A DNA stretch of 64,000 nt from Alphaproteobacteria bacterium (GCA_965232515.1 CBDDPY010000002.1:5600001-5664000); one strand, 5' to 3'. Positions 24,619 through 36,257 are shown, numbered from the stretch's first letter. A program made the numbers and translations. The notes: generated by a model not told the origin, from the letters alone.

Positions 24619-25839
24619 ATGTCGCGCATCGTGATGAAATTCGGTGGCACGTCCGTCGGCGACATCGCGCGAATCAAGAATGTCGCCGGCCGCATCAAGG
24701 CCGAGGTCGAGGCCGGTCACGAGGTCGCGGCCGTGGTCTCGGCCATGGCCGGACAGACCAATCAGCTGATCGACTGGACGCGCGAGACCAGCATGCTGCA
24801 CGACGCGCGCGAATACGACGCGGTCGTGTCGTCGGGCGAGCAGGTGACCGTGGGGCTGCTGGCGCTGGCCTTGCAGCAGATGGGCGTCAGCGCGCGCTCG
24901 TGGCTGGGCTGGCAGGTGCCGATTCGCACCGACGACGTGCACGGCAGCGCCCGCATTCTCGGCATCGAGGCGGACGAGCTGGTCGCCCGGCTGGGGCAGG
25001 GCCAAGTGCCGGTCGTGGCTGGATTTCAGGGACTCGGTCCCGACAATCGCATCACCACGCTTGGCCGCGGCGGCACCGACACGACGGCCGTGGCGCTGGC
25101 GGCGGCGCTACAGGCAGACCGCTGCGACATCTATACCGACGTCGAGGGCGTGTTCACGGCCGACCCCCGTATTGTGACGCAGGCCCGCAAGCTTGCTAGG
25201 ATTACCTATGAAGAGATGCTGGAAATGGCATCTCAGGGCGCCAAGGTCTTGCAGACCCGCTCCGTCGAACTAGCCATGAATCACCGGGTTCGGGTGCAGG
25301 TGCTGTCAAGCTTCACCGACGCGCCGGGCACCCTTGTTGTTGATGAGGACGAAATCGTGGAACAAGCGGTCGTCAGCGGCATTACCTATTCCAGCGACGA
25401 GGCCAAGGTCACCCTGCTCGACGTGGCCGACAGGCCCGGCGTCGCGGCGGCGGTGTTCGGCCCGCTCGCCGACGCCAATATCAACGTCGACATGATCGTG
25501 CAGAGCGCCTCGGAAGACGGCGCCAAGACCGATATCACCTTTACCGTGCGCCGGGCCGACCTGGAGCGGACGCTGGAGGAGGTCGCAAAGGTCAAGGACG
25601 AGATCGGTCATACGTCACTGATTTCCGACGCCAACGTGGTCAAGGTCTCGGTCATCGGCATCGGCATGCGCAGCCATGCCGGCGTCGCGCAGCAAATGTT
25701 CCGGGCGTTGGCCGAGAAAGGCATCAATATCCACGTGATTTCCACCTCCGAGATCAAAATCAGCGTGCTGGTCGACGCCGACTATACGGAACTGGCGGTC
25801 CGCACCTTGCACACGGTCTACGGGCTCGACGCAGCCTGA
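24619..25839 (+). CDS. lysC: Aspartate kinase
   Basis: MKFGGTSV, TTLGRGGTDTTA, YTDVEGVFTADPR, two ACT domains ending ISTSEIKISVL. Confidence 0.96.
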   Translation: MSRIVMKFGGTSVGDIARIKNVAGRIKAEVEAGHEVAAVVSAMAGQTNQLIDWTRETSMLHDAREYDAVVSSGEQVTVGLLALALQQMGVSARSWLGWQVPIRTDDVHGSARILGIEADELVARLGQGQVPVVAGFQGLGPDNRITTLGRGGTDTTAVALAAALQADRCDIYTDVEGVFTADPRIVTQARKLARITYEEMLEMASQGAKVLQTRSVELAMNHRVRVQVLSSFTDAPGTLVVDEDEIVEQAVVSGITYSSDEAKVTLLDVADRPGVAAAVFGPLADANINVDMIVQSASEDGAKTDITFTVRRADLERTLEEVAKVKDEIGHTSLISDANVVKVSVIGIGMRSHAGVAQQMFRALAEKGINIHVISTSEIKISVLVDADYTELAVRTLHTVYGLDAA

Positions 25840-25912
25840 GGGAAATATTGCCGGCCGCGGGGAAGCCGGCGGAATTCTTGGCCCCATACGCTAGGTAGGG
25901 CTGGAAGCGACG

Positions 25913-28168
25913 ATGAATGCAATGGCGACCTCCGGGCCGCGGGTGTTGCTGCGGCGACTGCACGATGTCATGGCCGGTCCCGGCGATGTGCAGAGCCGGC
26001 TCGACCAGATCGTCCGCTCCATCGCCGCGAACATGGTCGCCGAGGTCTGCTCGGTCTATTTCATGCGCGAGGACGTCCTCGAGCTGGTCGCCACCGAGGG
26101 TCTGAACGCCGAGGCGGTTCACAAGACGACGCTGCATATGGGCGAAGGCCTGGTCGGTCTGATCGCCCAGCAGGCCCGTGCCGTGGCCCTGTCGGACGCC
26201 CAGTCCCATCCCAACTTCGCCTACCGGCCGGAAACCGGCGAAGAAGTCTATCACTCGCTGATGGGCGTGCCGATCCTGCGCGCCGGCCGCGTGATCGGTG
26301 TTCTGGTCGTGCAGAACCGCACCATGCGCGACTACACGGACGAGGAAGTCGAGGCGATGCAGACCATCGCCATGGTATTGGCCGAGATGGCGAACGCGGC
26401 GCTGCGGCCGAGCGAGGACGCGCCGGCGCCGGCGCCGGCGTCCGATCTGCCGTTCCGGATCTCCGGCCTGACGTTGAACGAGGGACTGGCGCGCGGCGTC
26501 ATTGTGCTGCACGAGCCGCTGGTCGTGGTCGAGCAGCACGTGGCCCAGAACATCGAGGTCGAAAAGCAGCGCATGGATCAGGGCCTGGAAGAGCTGCGCA
26601 CGCAGATCGACGGCCTGTTAAGCAACGCGACGCCGGGCGGCGAGCCGACCGAGATCCTGCAGACCTACCGCATGTTCGCCAACGACCGTGGTTGGATTAC
26701 CCGACTGTACGAGGCCGTCGAGTCCGGCCTTACGGCCGAAGCGGCGGTCGAGCGCGTGCAGGTCGACACCCGTGCCCGCATGTCCCAGGTCACCGACCCT
26801 TTCCTGCGCGAACGGCTGCACGACCTGGAGGACCTGGCGAATCGCCTGCTGCGGCATCTCACCGGACGGGTCGTGACGGCGGCGTTCGAAACACTGCCCG
26901 AGGACGCCATTATCGTCGCCCGCAACATGGGACCGGCAGAGCTGCTGGAATACGACCGCGGCCGGCTGCGCGCGCTGCTGCTCGAGGAGGGCACGCCGGC
27001 AAGCCATGTGGCGATCGTCGCCCGCGCACTGCAGATCCCGGTCATCGGTTTGCTCGATCGGTTGCTGGACCGGGTCGAGCCCGGCGACACCGCACTAATC
27101 GATGCGGATAACGGGCAGGTCTTCGTCCGGCCGAGCGACGACGTCCGCCACGCGTTCGAACAGAACCTGTCCCTGCGCGAAGCCCAAGAGGCGGAATATG
27201 CATCGCACCGCGAGGAGCCGGCGACCACGCGCGACGGCACGCAGGTGCGACTGAACATCAACGCCGGCCTGCTCGTCGACCTGCCGCAGCTCGATGAAAC
27301 CGGCGCCGACGGTATCGGGCTTTATCGTACCGAGTTGCATTTTATGGTACGCGCCAGCCTGCCGAACATCTCGACCCAGGCCGAGTTCTACGGCCGGGTG
27401 CTGACCCAGGCAAACGGCCGGCCCGTCGTCTTCCGGACGCTCGATGTCGGCGGCGACAAGGTGCTGCCGTATCTGCGCCGCTACGATGACGAGAACCCGG
27501 CCATGGGCTGGCGGGCGATCCGTCTGGCGCTCGATCGTCCTGTGCTGTTGCGTATGCAGCTCCGGGCCCTGATCAAGGCGGCCGCCGGTCACGAGCTGAA
27601 CGTGATGTTTCCGATGATCGCCGAGGTCGCGGAGTTCGCGGCGGCCAAGGAGTTGCTGGACCGGGAGGTGGCGCGCTGGGCGCGGCTGAACGAACCTCAG
27701 CCCTCGCGTATTCGGGTCGGCACCATGCTGGAGGTGCCGAGCCTCGCCTGGCAGTTGCCCGCGCTGCTGCCGATAGTCGATTTCGTTTCGATCGGCAGCA
27801 ACGATCTGATGCAGTTTCTGTTCGCCAGCGATCGGGGCAATCCACGGCTGTCCGGCCGCTACGACGTGCTCAGCCCGGCCGCCTTGTCGTTCCTGCGCGA
27901 TGTCGTTCGCCGCTGCGACGACGCCAACGTGGCGGTCAGCCTGTGCGGCGAGGCCGCGGGCCATCCGGTCGACGCGATGGCGTTGATCGGCCTGGGGCTG
28001 CGGGACATTTCGATGACGCCTGCCGCGGTCGGTCGCGTCAAGGTCATGGTCCAGAGCCTTGACCTGCCGCCGCTGCAAGATTTTATGGAAACGCTCTACG
28101 ATTCGCCGCTGCACAGCGTGCGCGATCGGCTGGTTGCCTTCGCGGCGGACCAAAGCGTCGCGATTTGA
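25913..28168 (+). CDS. ptsP: Phosphoenolpyruvate-protein phosphotransferase EI(Ntr), with GAF domain
   Basis: N-terminal GAF domain (AEVCSVY, LVATEGL), SHVAIVAR phospho-His, GIGLYRTE, SIGSNDL. Confidence 0.95.
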   Translation: MNAMATSGPRVLLRRLHDVMAGPGDVQSRLDQIVRSIAANMVAEVCSVYFMREDVLELVATEGLNAEAVHKTTLHMGEGLVGLIAQQARAVALSDAQSHPNFAYRPETGEEVYHSLMGVPILRAGRVIGVLVVQNRTMRDYTDEEVEAMQTIAMVLAEMANAALRPSEDAPAPAPASDLPFRISGLTLNEGLARGVIVLHEPLVVVEQHVAQNIEVEKQRMDQGLEELRTQIDGLLSNATPGGEPTEILQTYRMFANDRGWITRLYEAVESGLTAEAAVERVQVDTRARMSQVTDPFLRERLHDLEDLANRLLRHLTGRVVTAAFETLPEDAIIVARNMGPAELLEYDRGRLRALLLEEGTPASHVAIVARALQIPVIGLLDRLLDRVEPGDTALIDADNGQVFVRPSDDVRHAFEQNLSLREAQEAEYASHREEPATTRDGTQVRLNINAGLLVDLPQLDETGADGIGLYRTELHFMVRASLPNISTQAEFYGRVLTQANGRPVVFRTLDVGGDKVLPYLRRYDDENPAMGWRAIRLALDRPVLLRMQLRALIKAAAGHELNVMFPMIAEVAEFAAAKELLDREVARWARLNEPQPSRIRVGTMLEVPSLAWQLPALLPIVDFVSIGSNDLMQFLFASDRGNPRLSGRYDVLSPAALSFLRDVVRRCDDANVAVSLCGEAAGHPVDAMALIGLGLRDISMTPAAVGRVKVMVQSLDLPPLQDFMETLYDSPLHSVRDRLVAFAADQSVAI

Positions 28169-28326
28169 CGCATTGCACTTGGCGGCGGCTTTTGTTTTAT
28201 ATTCAACGCGCTAGTCAGACATCTCGCGCGAGTGGTCCGATCGATATTTCGCCATCGGCGACTATACGAAGTATTAAATATACGGTGCTAACAATACGTT
28301 AGAAGCGTGTGTTCGGACTGAGATCC

Positions 28327-29889
28327 ATGGTGCATCGAAAAACGACGTCGCTCGACGACAGTCGGCGTCGGTCGCAGCAGCCATATCTACAGATTGTCGA
28401 CGACGACCATCTGGGGGCGGGCGATCCTTACGACGGGGTCGGCGCCGACTTGCGCGCCGCGCGGGTGCGCCATGGCTACAGCCTCCAGGAACTGTCCAGC
28501 CGCCTGCGAATCCAGCTCGACTATCTCGAGGCGATCGAGGCGGGTCAGTTCGAAGCGCTGCCTGGACCTGCCTACGCGATCGGTTTTCTTCGGTCCTATG
28601 CAAATGCGCTCGGTGTCGATGGCGAGGATGTGGTGCTGCGCTTCAAGAGCGAAAGCGCCGTCGTTCCCGGCCAGACCAAGCTGGTATTCCCGACACCGGT
28701 GCAGGAAGCGCGCCGGCCCGGCGCCACGGTCGTCGCGGCATCGTTGGCGGTCGCCGTCGCCGGATATGTCGGCTGGGCCTACCTGCAACAGGAGAGCCGC
28801 CTGCCGGTTGAACTGATCCCCGAACCGCCGCAGCGCTTGGCGACGGTCCTGGATCAACTGGATCAGCCGCAGACGCCGGCCGAGCCAACGGGCGGGACCT
28901 GGGCCGTTTCCCAGCCGTCTGTCGGCGCGAACGCGGCAACGCCGTCCGATCTCGACGGCGGGACGTCGGCCGAGGCGCCGGGGGACGCGCCACAATCGGC
29001 CGAGGCGACGGCGCAGGCCGTGGCCGTCGCGGCCGAAGCCGAACGCGACGCGGCCGCGACGCAATCGTCGGATCCGGAGGTCGTCGAAGGCGACGCCGAC
29101 CGCTCGGCCGCGCCGGCGGTCGAGGCGCCGGCAACGGATATCGCGATGGTCGAAAGCTCGGCCGCCGAGGAGACGGTTGCCGATGAGGCGGCTGTCGATG
29201 ACTCGCCGTCGAACGAGGCGGTCACGAGCGCCTCGCCGGCCGTTGACAACGACGGCCAGGAGCAGATCGTGGCGAACGCCCGGGTTGCGGTGGAAACGCC
29301 GGAACCGGCTGTCGAAGCCGAGGACGAGAGCATGCGGCCGGACCTGCCGGCGACGGCGTCCTTTTCGGCCCCGCCGTCGGCCACGTCGGTCCCGGCCTCT
29401 GAGGATGCGCCCGCCGACGATGCGCCCACCGCGGACGCCAACGTGCCCGAGCAGCCGGCGTTCGACACGGCCATGGTTCTGCCGGAGCCGCCGGTGCTGC
29501 CGGCCGCGCCCGACGTCGAGGCGCCGGCTTCCGATCTCGGGGGCCCACCTAACATTCCGACGTCCGTGACGGCGACCGAGAGCTATGTGCCGCAGGTCTT
29601 CGGATCGGCCAATCGCGACGCGCGCGTTGTCGTCCGGGCCAAGGCCGATGCCTGGGTCCAGGTGCAGGGCGCCAACAATGAGCTGCTGCTGACCCGTATC
29701 CTGCGGGCGGGCGACACCTATATGGCGCCGGACCGGTCCGATCTGACGCTGATGACCGGCAATGCCGGCGCGCTGGAAGCCATCGTCGACGGGGCGCTTG
29801 TCGGCGCGCTGGGGCCCGAAGGCCAGGTGCGGCGCGATATCTCGCTCGACGCCGACAAGTTGCTCGGCGCGGCAAGCGGCAGCGGCTGA
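28327..29889 (+). CDS. rodZ: RodZ-type HTH/DUF4115 cell-shape protein with a long acidic linker
   Basis: N-terminal HTH (YLEAIEAG...YAIGFLRSYANALG), single TM segment, C-terminal 'WVQV...TGNAGAL' domain; upstream of ispG. Confidence 0.8.
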   Translation: MVHRKTTSLDDSRRRSQQPYLQIVDDDHLGAGDPYDGVGADLRAARVRHGYSLQELSSRLRIQLDYLEAIEAGQFEALPGPAYAIGFLRSYANALGVDGEDVVLRFKSESAVVPGQTKLVFPTPVQEARRPGATVVAASLAVAVAGYVGWAYLQQESRLPVELIPEPPQRLATVLDQLDQPQTPAEPTGGTWAVSQPSVGANAATPSDLDGGTSAEAPGDAPQSAEATAQAVAVAAEAERDAAATQSSDPEVVEGDADRSAAPAVEAPATDIAMVESSAAEETVADEAAVDDSPSNEAVTSASPAVDNDGQEQIVANARVAVETPEPAVEAEDESMRPDLPATASFSAPPSATSVPASEDAPADDAPTADANVPEQPAFDTAMVLPEPPVLPAAPDVEAPASDLGGPPNIPTSVTATESYVPQVFGSANRDARVVVRAKADAWVQVQGANNELLLTRILRAGDTYMAPDRSDLTLMTGNAGALEAIVDGALVGALGPEGQVRRDISLDADKLLGAASGSG

Positions 29890-30014
29890 CCGGCGGTCCA
29901 TGACACGGCAAGGCCGTCCGGCGGGTCGGCCTTGATCTTCTTCGCGGAAAGCAACATGTTAGGCGGGAATTTCAGCCGCCGCCGACATTAACTTTCTGCG
30001 CAAGCGCAATTCGC

Positions 30015-31160
30015 ATGAGCGTTCGACCCTATCGCGACATTCAGCGGCGCAAATGCCGCCAGATCTTCGTCGGCGACGTGCCGGTCGGCGGCGATGCGCC
30101 GATCACCGTCCAGTCGATGACCAACACCGATACGACGGATGTCGCGGCGACCGTGGCCCAGGTGCTGGCGCTGGAGGAAGCCGGCGCTGATATCGTCCGT
30201 GTTTCCTGTCCGGACGAGGCGTCGGCCCGGGCGCTGAAGGACATCATCCGGGCGGTCAACGTGCCGATCGTCGCGGACATCCATTTTCACTACAAGCGCG
30301 CCATCGAGGCGGCGGAGAGCGGGGCGGCCTGCCTGCGCATCAACCCGGGCAATATCGGCTCCGACGAGCGGGTGCGCGAGGTCGTGCGTGCGGCGAACCA
30401 GCATGGCTGTTCGATGCGGATCGGCGTCAACGCCGGCAGCCTCGAGCGCGAGTTGTTGGAGAAGTACGGCGAGCCGTGCCCCGAGGCGCTGATCGAGAGC
30501 GCGCTGAACCACGCGCGCATCCTCGAGGACAACGATTTCTTCAATTTCAAGATCAGCGTCAAGGCGTCGGACGTCTTCCTGGCCGTCGCCGCCTATCAGG
30601 GCCTGGCCGAGGCCTGCGACTATCCGCTGCACCTGGGCATCACCGAGGCTGGCGGCCTGCGCGGCGGCACCGTCAAGTCGTCGATCGGCATGGGCATGCT
30701 GCTCTGGTCCGGCATCGGCGACACGATCCGCGTCTCGCTTTCGGCCGATCCGGTCGAGGAAGTGCATGTCGGCTACGAGATGTTGAAGTCGCTTGGGCTG
30801 CGTCGGCGCGGGGTCAACATCGTCTCCTGCCCGTCCTGCGCGCGGCAGGCCTTTGACGTGATCAAGACCGTCGAGATCCTGGAAGAACGGCTGGCGCATA
30901 TCTCCACGCCGATCACGCTGTCGGTGCTCGGTTGCGTCGTCAACGGCCCGGGCGAGGCCCGCGAGACCGATATCGGCCTGACCGGTGGCGGCAACGGCAA
31001 CCATATGGTTTATCTGAACGGCGTTACCGACCATCGGATCAACGAGGATGTCGGCCTGGTCGATCACATCGTCCAGCTCGTCGAGGCCAAGGCGGCCGAG
31101 ATCGAGGCCGAACGCGCCGCCGCCGAGAAGCACACGACGGCCGTCGCCGCCGCCGAATAA
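30015..31160 (+). CDS. ispG: (E)-4-hydroxy-3-methylbut-2-enyl-diphosphate synthase
   Basis: [37 protein letters not shown]. Confidence 0.97.
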   Translation: MSVRPYRDIQRRKCRQIFVGDVPVGGDAPITVQSMTNTDTTDVAATVAQVLALEEAGADIVRVSCPDEASARALKDIIRAVNVPIVADIHFHYKRAIEAAESGAACLRINPGNIGSDERVREVVRAANQHGCSMRIGVNAGSLERELLEKYGEPCPEALIESALNHARILEDNDFFNFKISVKASDVFLAVAAYQGLAEACDYPLHLGITEAGGLRGGTVKSSIGMGMLLWSGIGDTIRVSLSADPVEEVHVGYEMLKSLGLRRRGVNIVSCPSCARQAFDVIKTVEILEERLAHISTPITLSVLGCVVNGPGEARETDIGLTGGGNGNHMVYLNGVTDHRINEDVGLVDHIVQLVEAKAAEIEAERAAAEKHTTAVAAAE

Positions 31161-31176
31161 CCCCAGGAGACCGACA

Positions 31177-32433
31177 GTGCCCCCCTTGCAGCCGGTTCGC
31201 GGCACGCACGATATCGTCGGCGAGGACGGCCGGCGTCACGCGCACGTGGTGGCGACGGCGCGTGCCATCGCCAAGCGCTATGGCTGCGTCGACATTGCGA
31301 CGCCGATCTTCGAGTTCACGCCGATCTTCGCGCGGACCATGGGCGAGAGCTCCGATGTCGTCCGCAAGGAGATGTATACGTTCACCGACCGCGGCGGCGA
31401 CGAGATCACGCTGCGGCCGGAATATACGGCCGGCATCTGCCGGGCCGTGATCTCGGGCGGCATGCAACAGCACCTGCCCTTGAAGTTCTTCGCCCATGGC
31501 CCGATGTTCCGGTACGAGCGGCCACAAAAGGGCCGCCAGCGCCAGTTTCATCAGATCGATGCCGAGATCATCGGCGTCGCCGAGCCGCAGGCCGATATCG
31601 AGGTCATCGCGCTGGGCGCCGATATCCTGGACGCGCTCGGCGTGTTGGACAAATGCACGCTGGAGCTCAATACCCTCGGTGACCCGGAGAGCCGGCATGC
31701 GTACCGCGATGCCCTGGTCGCCTATTTCAACGACTTCCGGGCAAAGCTGTCGGACGACAGCCGCGACCGGCTGGAGCGCAATCCGCTGCGTATCCTGGAT
31801 GCCAAGGACCCCGGCGACCGCGCCATCGTCGCCGAGGCACCGCTGATGCAGGATTATCTCAATCCCCAGTCGGCGGACTTCTTCGCCAAGGTTCTGGCCG
31901 GATTGGAGGCGCTGGGCATCGCCTATCACCGGAACGAGCGCCTGGTGCGGGGGCTGGATTACTACACCCACACGGCGTTCGAGTTCGTCACCGAGGCGTT
32001 GGGCGCGCAGGGCGCCGTCATCGCCGGTGGGCGCTACGATGGCCTGATCGAGACGCTGGGCGGCCCGCCAACACCGGGGATCGGCTGGGCCGGCGGCATC
32101 GAGCGTCTGGCCATGCTGGCCGACGATCCGGGCGAACAGGTACGGCCGATCGCCATCGTGCCGGTCGGCGAGGCGGCCGCGGGCGTCGCCCTGAAACTGG
32201 CCCACGACCTGCGGCAGGCCGGCTTTCACGTCGAGCACGGCTATCGCGGCAAGGTCGGCCAGCGCCTGAAGCGCGCCGACCGTCTGCAGGCCTGCGCCGC
32301 GCTGCTGCTGGGCGACGACGAACTGGCCAAGGATGTGGTGACGCTGCGCGATCTGGACAGCGGCGAGCAGTCTGAGATACCGATGGTGGATCTGGTCGCG
32401 CGGCTGGACGCCTATCGTCAGACCTTGGAATAG
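31177..32433 (+). CDS. hisS: Histidine-tRNA ligase
   Basis: RGTHD, LRPEYTAG, FRYERPQKGRQRQFHQ, LVRGLDYY, GGRYDGL. Confidence 0.97.
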   Translation: MPPLQPVRGTHDIVGEDGRRHAHVVATARAIAKRYGCVDIATPIFEFTPIFARTMGESSDVVRKEMYTFTDRGGDEITLRPEYTAGICRAVISGGMQQHLPLKFFAHGPMFRYERPQKGRQRQFHQIDAEIIGVAEPQADIEVIALGADILDALGVLDKCTLELNTLGDPESRHAYRDALVAYFNDFRAKLSDDSRDRLERNPLRILDAKDPGDRAIVAEAPLMQDYLNPQSADFFAKVLAGLEALGIAYHRNERLVRGLDYYTHTAFEFVTEALGAQGAVIAGGRYDGLIETLGGPPTPGIGWAGGIERLAMLADDPGEQVRPIAIVPVGEAAAGVALKLAHDLRQAGFHVEHGYRGKVGQRLKRADRLQACAALLLGDDELAKDVVTLRDLDSGEQSEIPMVDLVARLDAYRQTLE

Positions 32434-32490
32434 ATTCCGGCCAAGCCGGCAAATGAAAGAACCGGGACGACAGCGTCCCTGACGGAGGAA

Positions 32491-33573
32491 GTGTTGGTTT
32501 CGAACGAGCAGATCGACCGGATCCTCGCTCGCGCCAAAGAACTCGAACATCTGATGGCGCAGGGCGATGCCGAGCCCGACGCCTATGTCGCCATGTCGAA
32601 GGAATATGCCGAGCTGGCGCCCATCGCCAAGGGCGCGGCGGAGCTGCGTGCCGTACAGGACGAGCTGGACGATCTCGAGGCGTTGCTCGCCGACGCCGAG
32701 ACCGACGACGAGATGCGGCAGCTGGCCGAGGCCGAGCGGGCCGAGCTACAGGCGCGGGCCCCCGAGCTCGGCCGGCAGCTGCAGATCCTGCTGTTGCCGA
32801 AAGACGCCGCCGACGACAAGAGCGCCATTCTCGAGGTAAGGGCCGGCACCGGCGGCGAGGAGGCGGCGCTGTTCGCGGGCGACCTGTTCCGGATGTACCA
32901 GCGCTATGCCGAGCTGCATGGCTGGAAGTTCGAGCTGCTGAGCCTGAGCGAGACCGACCTCGGGGGCTTGAAGGAGGCGGCGGCGTCGATCAGCGGCAAG
33001 GGCGTCTTCGCCCGACTGAAGTTCGAATCCGGCGTGCACCGCGTGCAGCGCGTGCCCGAGACCGAGTCCGGCGGCCGTATCCATACCAGCGCCGCCACGG
33101 TCGCCGTGCTGCCGGAAGCCGAGGAAATCGACGTCGATATCGAGGAAAAGGACCTGCGCATCGACACCTTCCGGGCCCAGGGCGCCGGCGGCCAGCACGT
33201 CAACACCACCGACAGCGCCATCCGGATCACCCACATGCCGACCGGCTTCGTCGTCAGCTGTCAGGACGAGAAATCGCAGCACAAGAACAAGGCCAAGGCG
33301 ATGAAGATCCTGCGCGCCAAGCTGTACGATTTTCAGCGCGAGGCCCAGGACGCCGAGCGGGCCGCCGACCGGCGCGACCAGGTCGGCTCCGGCGACCGCT
33401 CCGAACGTGTCCGCACGTACAATTTCCCGCAAGGCCGGGTCACCGACCATCGCGTCAATCTGACGCTCTACAAGCTCGACAAGATGATGACGGGCGAGGC
33501 CGCGGACGAGATCATCGATGCGCTCATCGCCGACGATCAGGCCCGGCATCTGGCCGCCATGGAGGCGTCGTGA
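32491..33573 (+). CDS. prfA: Peptide chain release factor 1
   Basis: GGQ motif ([13 protein letters not shown]), PET motif in RVPETES; upstream of prmC. Confidence 0.97.
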   Translation: MLVSNEQIDRILARAKELEHLMAQGDAEPDAYVAMSKEYAELAPIAKGAAELRAVQDELDDLEALLADAETDDEMRQLAEAERAELQARAPELGRQLQILLLPKDAADDKSAILEVRAGTGGEEAALFAGDLFRMYQRYAELHGWKFELLSLSETDLGGLKEAAASISGKGVFARLKFESGVHRVQRVPETESGGRIHTSAATVAVLPEAEEIDVDIEEKDLRIDTFRAQGAGGQHVNTTDSAIRITHMPTGFVVSCQDEKSQHKNKAKAMKILRAKLYDFQREAQDAERAADRRDQVGSGDRSERVRTYNFPQGRVTDHRVNLTLYKLDKMMTGEAADEIIDALIADDQARHLAAMEAS

Positions 33574-34415
33574 CGACGGCCGCCTTGGCAGCGGCCGAGA
33601 GGGCGCTGCGGTCGTCCGGCATTGTCGAGCCGCGCCTCGATGCGCAGGTCCTGCTCGCCAGCGTGCTGGGCGTGGACCGCGCGGCGCTTTATTCCCGTGG
33701 CGACCGGTGCCTGACGGACGCCGAACTGGCCGCCTTCGAAGCACTGATTGCCCGTCGGCAAGACCGCGTGCCGGTCTCCCGGCTGCTTGGGCGGCGGGAG
33801 TTCTGGAGCCTGGAGTTCGCGATCACCGACGACGTGCTCGACCCGCGGCCCGACAGCGAGACGTTGGTCGAGGCGACGCTTGCCGGCATCCCGGACCGCG
33901 AGGCGGCGTTGCGGCTGGTCGACCTCGGCACGGGTTCGGGATGTCTGCTGCTGGCGCTGTTGTCCGAGCTGCCGGCGGCGTTCGGCGTCGGCGTCGACCT
34001 CAGCCCCGCGGCGGCGCGGGTGGCGGCCCGGAACGCCGTGACCCTGGGCATGGCCGGTCGCGCCGCCTTCGCCGTCGGCGACTGGCTGACCATGCTGCAG
34101 GGCCGGTTCGACCTTATTGTCGGCAATCCGCCCTATATCGCCGACGGCGAGATCGACGGCCTCGCGCCGGAGGTGGCGTGTGGCGACCCGCGCCTGGCGC
34201 TGGCCGGCGGCGCCGACGGACTGGCCGCCTACCGCGCCATCGCGCCGCAGGCCGCGGCCGCGCTCGAGCCGGGTGGGCGGCTGGTGCTCGAATGCGGGGC
34301 CGGGCAGGCGGGCGCCGTCGCCGACATCCTGGCTGCGGCCGGGTTTATGGACCTCGAAACCGGCCGGGATCTGGGCGGGATCGATCGTTGCCTCACTGCA
34401 ATCAACCGCCGGTAA
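33570..34415 (+). CDS. prmC: Release factor glutamine methyltransferase
   Basis: [22 protein letters not shown]. Confidence 0.95.
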   Translation: MTTAALAAAERALRSSGIVEPRLDAQVLLASVLGVDRAALYSRGDRCLTDAELAAFEALIARRQDRVPVSRLLGRREFWSLEFAITDDVLDPRPDSETLVEATLAGIPDREAALRLVDLGTGSGCLLLALLSELPAAFGVGVDLSPAAARVAARNAVTLGMAGRAAFAVGDWLTMLQGRFDLIVGNPPYIADGEIDGLAPEVACGDPRLALAGGADGLAAYRAIAPQAAAALEPGGRLVLECGAGQAGAVADILAAAGFMDLETGRDLGGIDRCLTAINRR

Positions 34416-34648
34416 AACTCCGGTGGGCGGAAAAAAGGGGTTGGCTTATCTACTCCCAGAGGCTAGGGTCAAATCACTGCACCGCAGCAATGATGCGTTG
34501 GCAGCGACGGTCAGGAAACCCGTTGCAGCCCGAGAGCATCTCCGACAAGTCATCGAGCCAAATCCGGCGCCTAGCGGAACGCTTTGTCGGCGATTTGGTC
34601 GAGATTGCACAAGACAACCGAAACTGACAACGACCACGTAGAAAACGC

Positions 34649-35374
34649 ATGAGACAGAGTGCACCTCAGAAACGGGGGCGCGGACGCTCCGGTGGTGGCA
34701 ACAGACGCAATTACGGCGGAAACCCGGGAAACCGCTCGTTCGACAGCAGCGGGCCCGACGTCAAGATCCGCGGCACCGCGTCGCATATCTACGACAAATA
34801 CCAATCGCTGGCGCGCGACGCCCTGGTCTCAGGCGACCGGATCGCGTCGGAAAACTATCTCCAACATGCCGAGCACTACTATCGGTTGTTGAACGCGCAG
34901 AACCAGCAGAATCAGCAAAACCAACAAAACCAGCAGAACCAGCAAAACGCGCCGCAGCAGAGCAACGGCCAACACCAGCCGAACGCTCAGCAGGCAGGCC
35001 AGCCTGGTCCGCAGGCTGACGGCCAGCCGGCGCCGCCCGCGCCGGGCGGCGGTGACGGCCGCAAGAACGGCCAGGCCGCGTCGCCGGCCGAGCCGCAGCC
35101 GACCGAGCAGGCGAGCCAGCCCGCTCAGCCGGCCGAAATGCGCACGGTCGAGCCACAGCCGGCCGCCGCGCCGACCGGATTTGGCGATGGTCCCGTGCCG
35201 GCGGCAATCGCGACGCCCGCCGCGCCGAAGCCAGCCGCGGCGAAGCCTGCCGAACCGGCGGCCGACGCACCGGCCGAGCCGGCGCCGCCGCGCCGCCGTC
35301 GCAAGCCGGCCGCGCGCACCGAAACCGCCGAGCCGCCGGAGCCGGCCGAGGACCCGAGTTCGGCCAACGCCTGA
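34649..35374 (+). CDS. DUF4167 domain protein with a low-complexity Q/P/A tail
   Basis: FDSSGPDVKIRGTASHIYDKYQSLARDA...ENYLQHAEHYYR; usual position between prmC and clpB. Confidence 0.85.
   Translation: MRQSAPQKRGRGRSGGGNRRNYGGNPGNRSFDSSGPDVKIRGTASHIYDKYQSLARDALVSGDRIASENYLQHAEHYYRLLNAQNQQNQQNQQNQQNQQNAPQQSNGQHQPNAQQAGQPGPQADGQPAPPAPGGGDGRKNGQAASPAEPQPTEQASQPAQPAEMRTVEPQPAAAPTGFGDGPVPAAIATPAAPKPAAAKPAEPAADAPAEPAPPRRRRKPAARTETAEPPEPAEDPSSANA
34898..34948 (+). repeat. Coding 9-nt tandem repeat (QNQ)n
   Basis: CAGAACCAG CAGAATCAG CAAAACCAA CAAAACCAG CAGAACCAG CAAAAC. Confidence 0.8.
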
Positions 35375-35408
35375 CCGGGGACGGGCAGGCGCTGGCCTGC
35401 CCGGGTTC

Positions 35409-36182
35409 CTATTTCATTGAGATCTCGATCTCGTCGCCGACGGCGATCGCGCCGCCCGTGACGACCTTGGCGTAGATGCCCATGTCGACGTGGCCGTAGC
35501 CCCGTTGCAGCGCCTTCGGCAGATGCAGATCGCGCGCGCCGGTCGTCGGATCGACATCGATCGCCGCGCAGCGTTCGATGCGGTCCAGCCCCTGTAGCCG
35601 GACCGGTCCGTCAGCGCCCGAAATCACGATCTCGCGGCCACACCATTCGAACTCGACCCAGGGCGCGCCGGCATCGACATAGAGATTGCCGCGAAACCGC
35701 AGCGGGTCGATGGCCGCGCCGGCGATGCGCTCCAGGTCCCGCACGCTCGCCAGATTGATCAGCGACAGGCACTTGATCGGCACGTCGCTGAAGCTGTGGC
35801 CGGGCGCCTGCACCAGACGCGGGCTGCCGCGCACCGCGTCGGCCATATAGGCGGCGAAGAATTGCTCGATCAGACGCCGGCCGACCGGCTGGTCGACCTG
35901 CCCCTTGGCCACCTGCTTGCCGTCGCGAACGATTGTCAGCTCGCGGCTATCCTCGTCGAAGCGCGTGGTCAGGGTCGCCAGCTTCTCGTTCTGCATCAGG
36001 TTCAGAAACTTGCGCTTCGACAGGTGCTGCGGATGGGCGGGGTCGAAATCGGTCGACCCGTGCGCCAGCGCGAACGCCCGGTCCAGCTGCAGACCCTCGC
36101 CGGCGCTCAGTGTCGTGCGGGTCACTGCTTCCGGGCTGAGCGACTTCACGGGATAGCGGTAAATGGCCTCGATCGCGGTCAT
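35409..36182 (-). CDS. MOSC domain-containing protein
   Basis: IYRYPVKSL, DRAFAL, LINLASV, RFRGNL, RCAA. Confidence 0.88.
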   Translation of the reverse strand: MTAIEAIYRYPVKSLSPEAVTRTTLSAGEGLQLDRAFALAHGSTDFDPAHPQHLSKRKFLNLMQNEKLATLTTRFDEDSRELTIVRDGKQVAKGQVDQPVGRRLIEQFFAAYMADAVRGSPRLVQAPGHSFSDVPIKCLSLINLASVRDLERIAGAAIDPLRFRGNLYVDAGAPWVEFEWCGREIVISGADGPVRLQGLDRIERCAAIDVDPTTGARDLHLPKALQRGYGHVDMGIYAKVVTGGAIAVGDEIEISMK

Positions 36183-36257
36183 GGGCGTTCCGGGGGCTGG
36201 CGAAAACGGCGGCGATATTGCGCATAACGTCGGACCGATGACAATGGTCGGGAAAGA

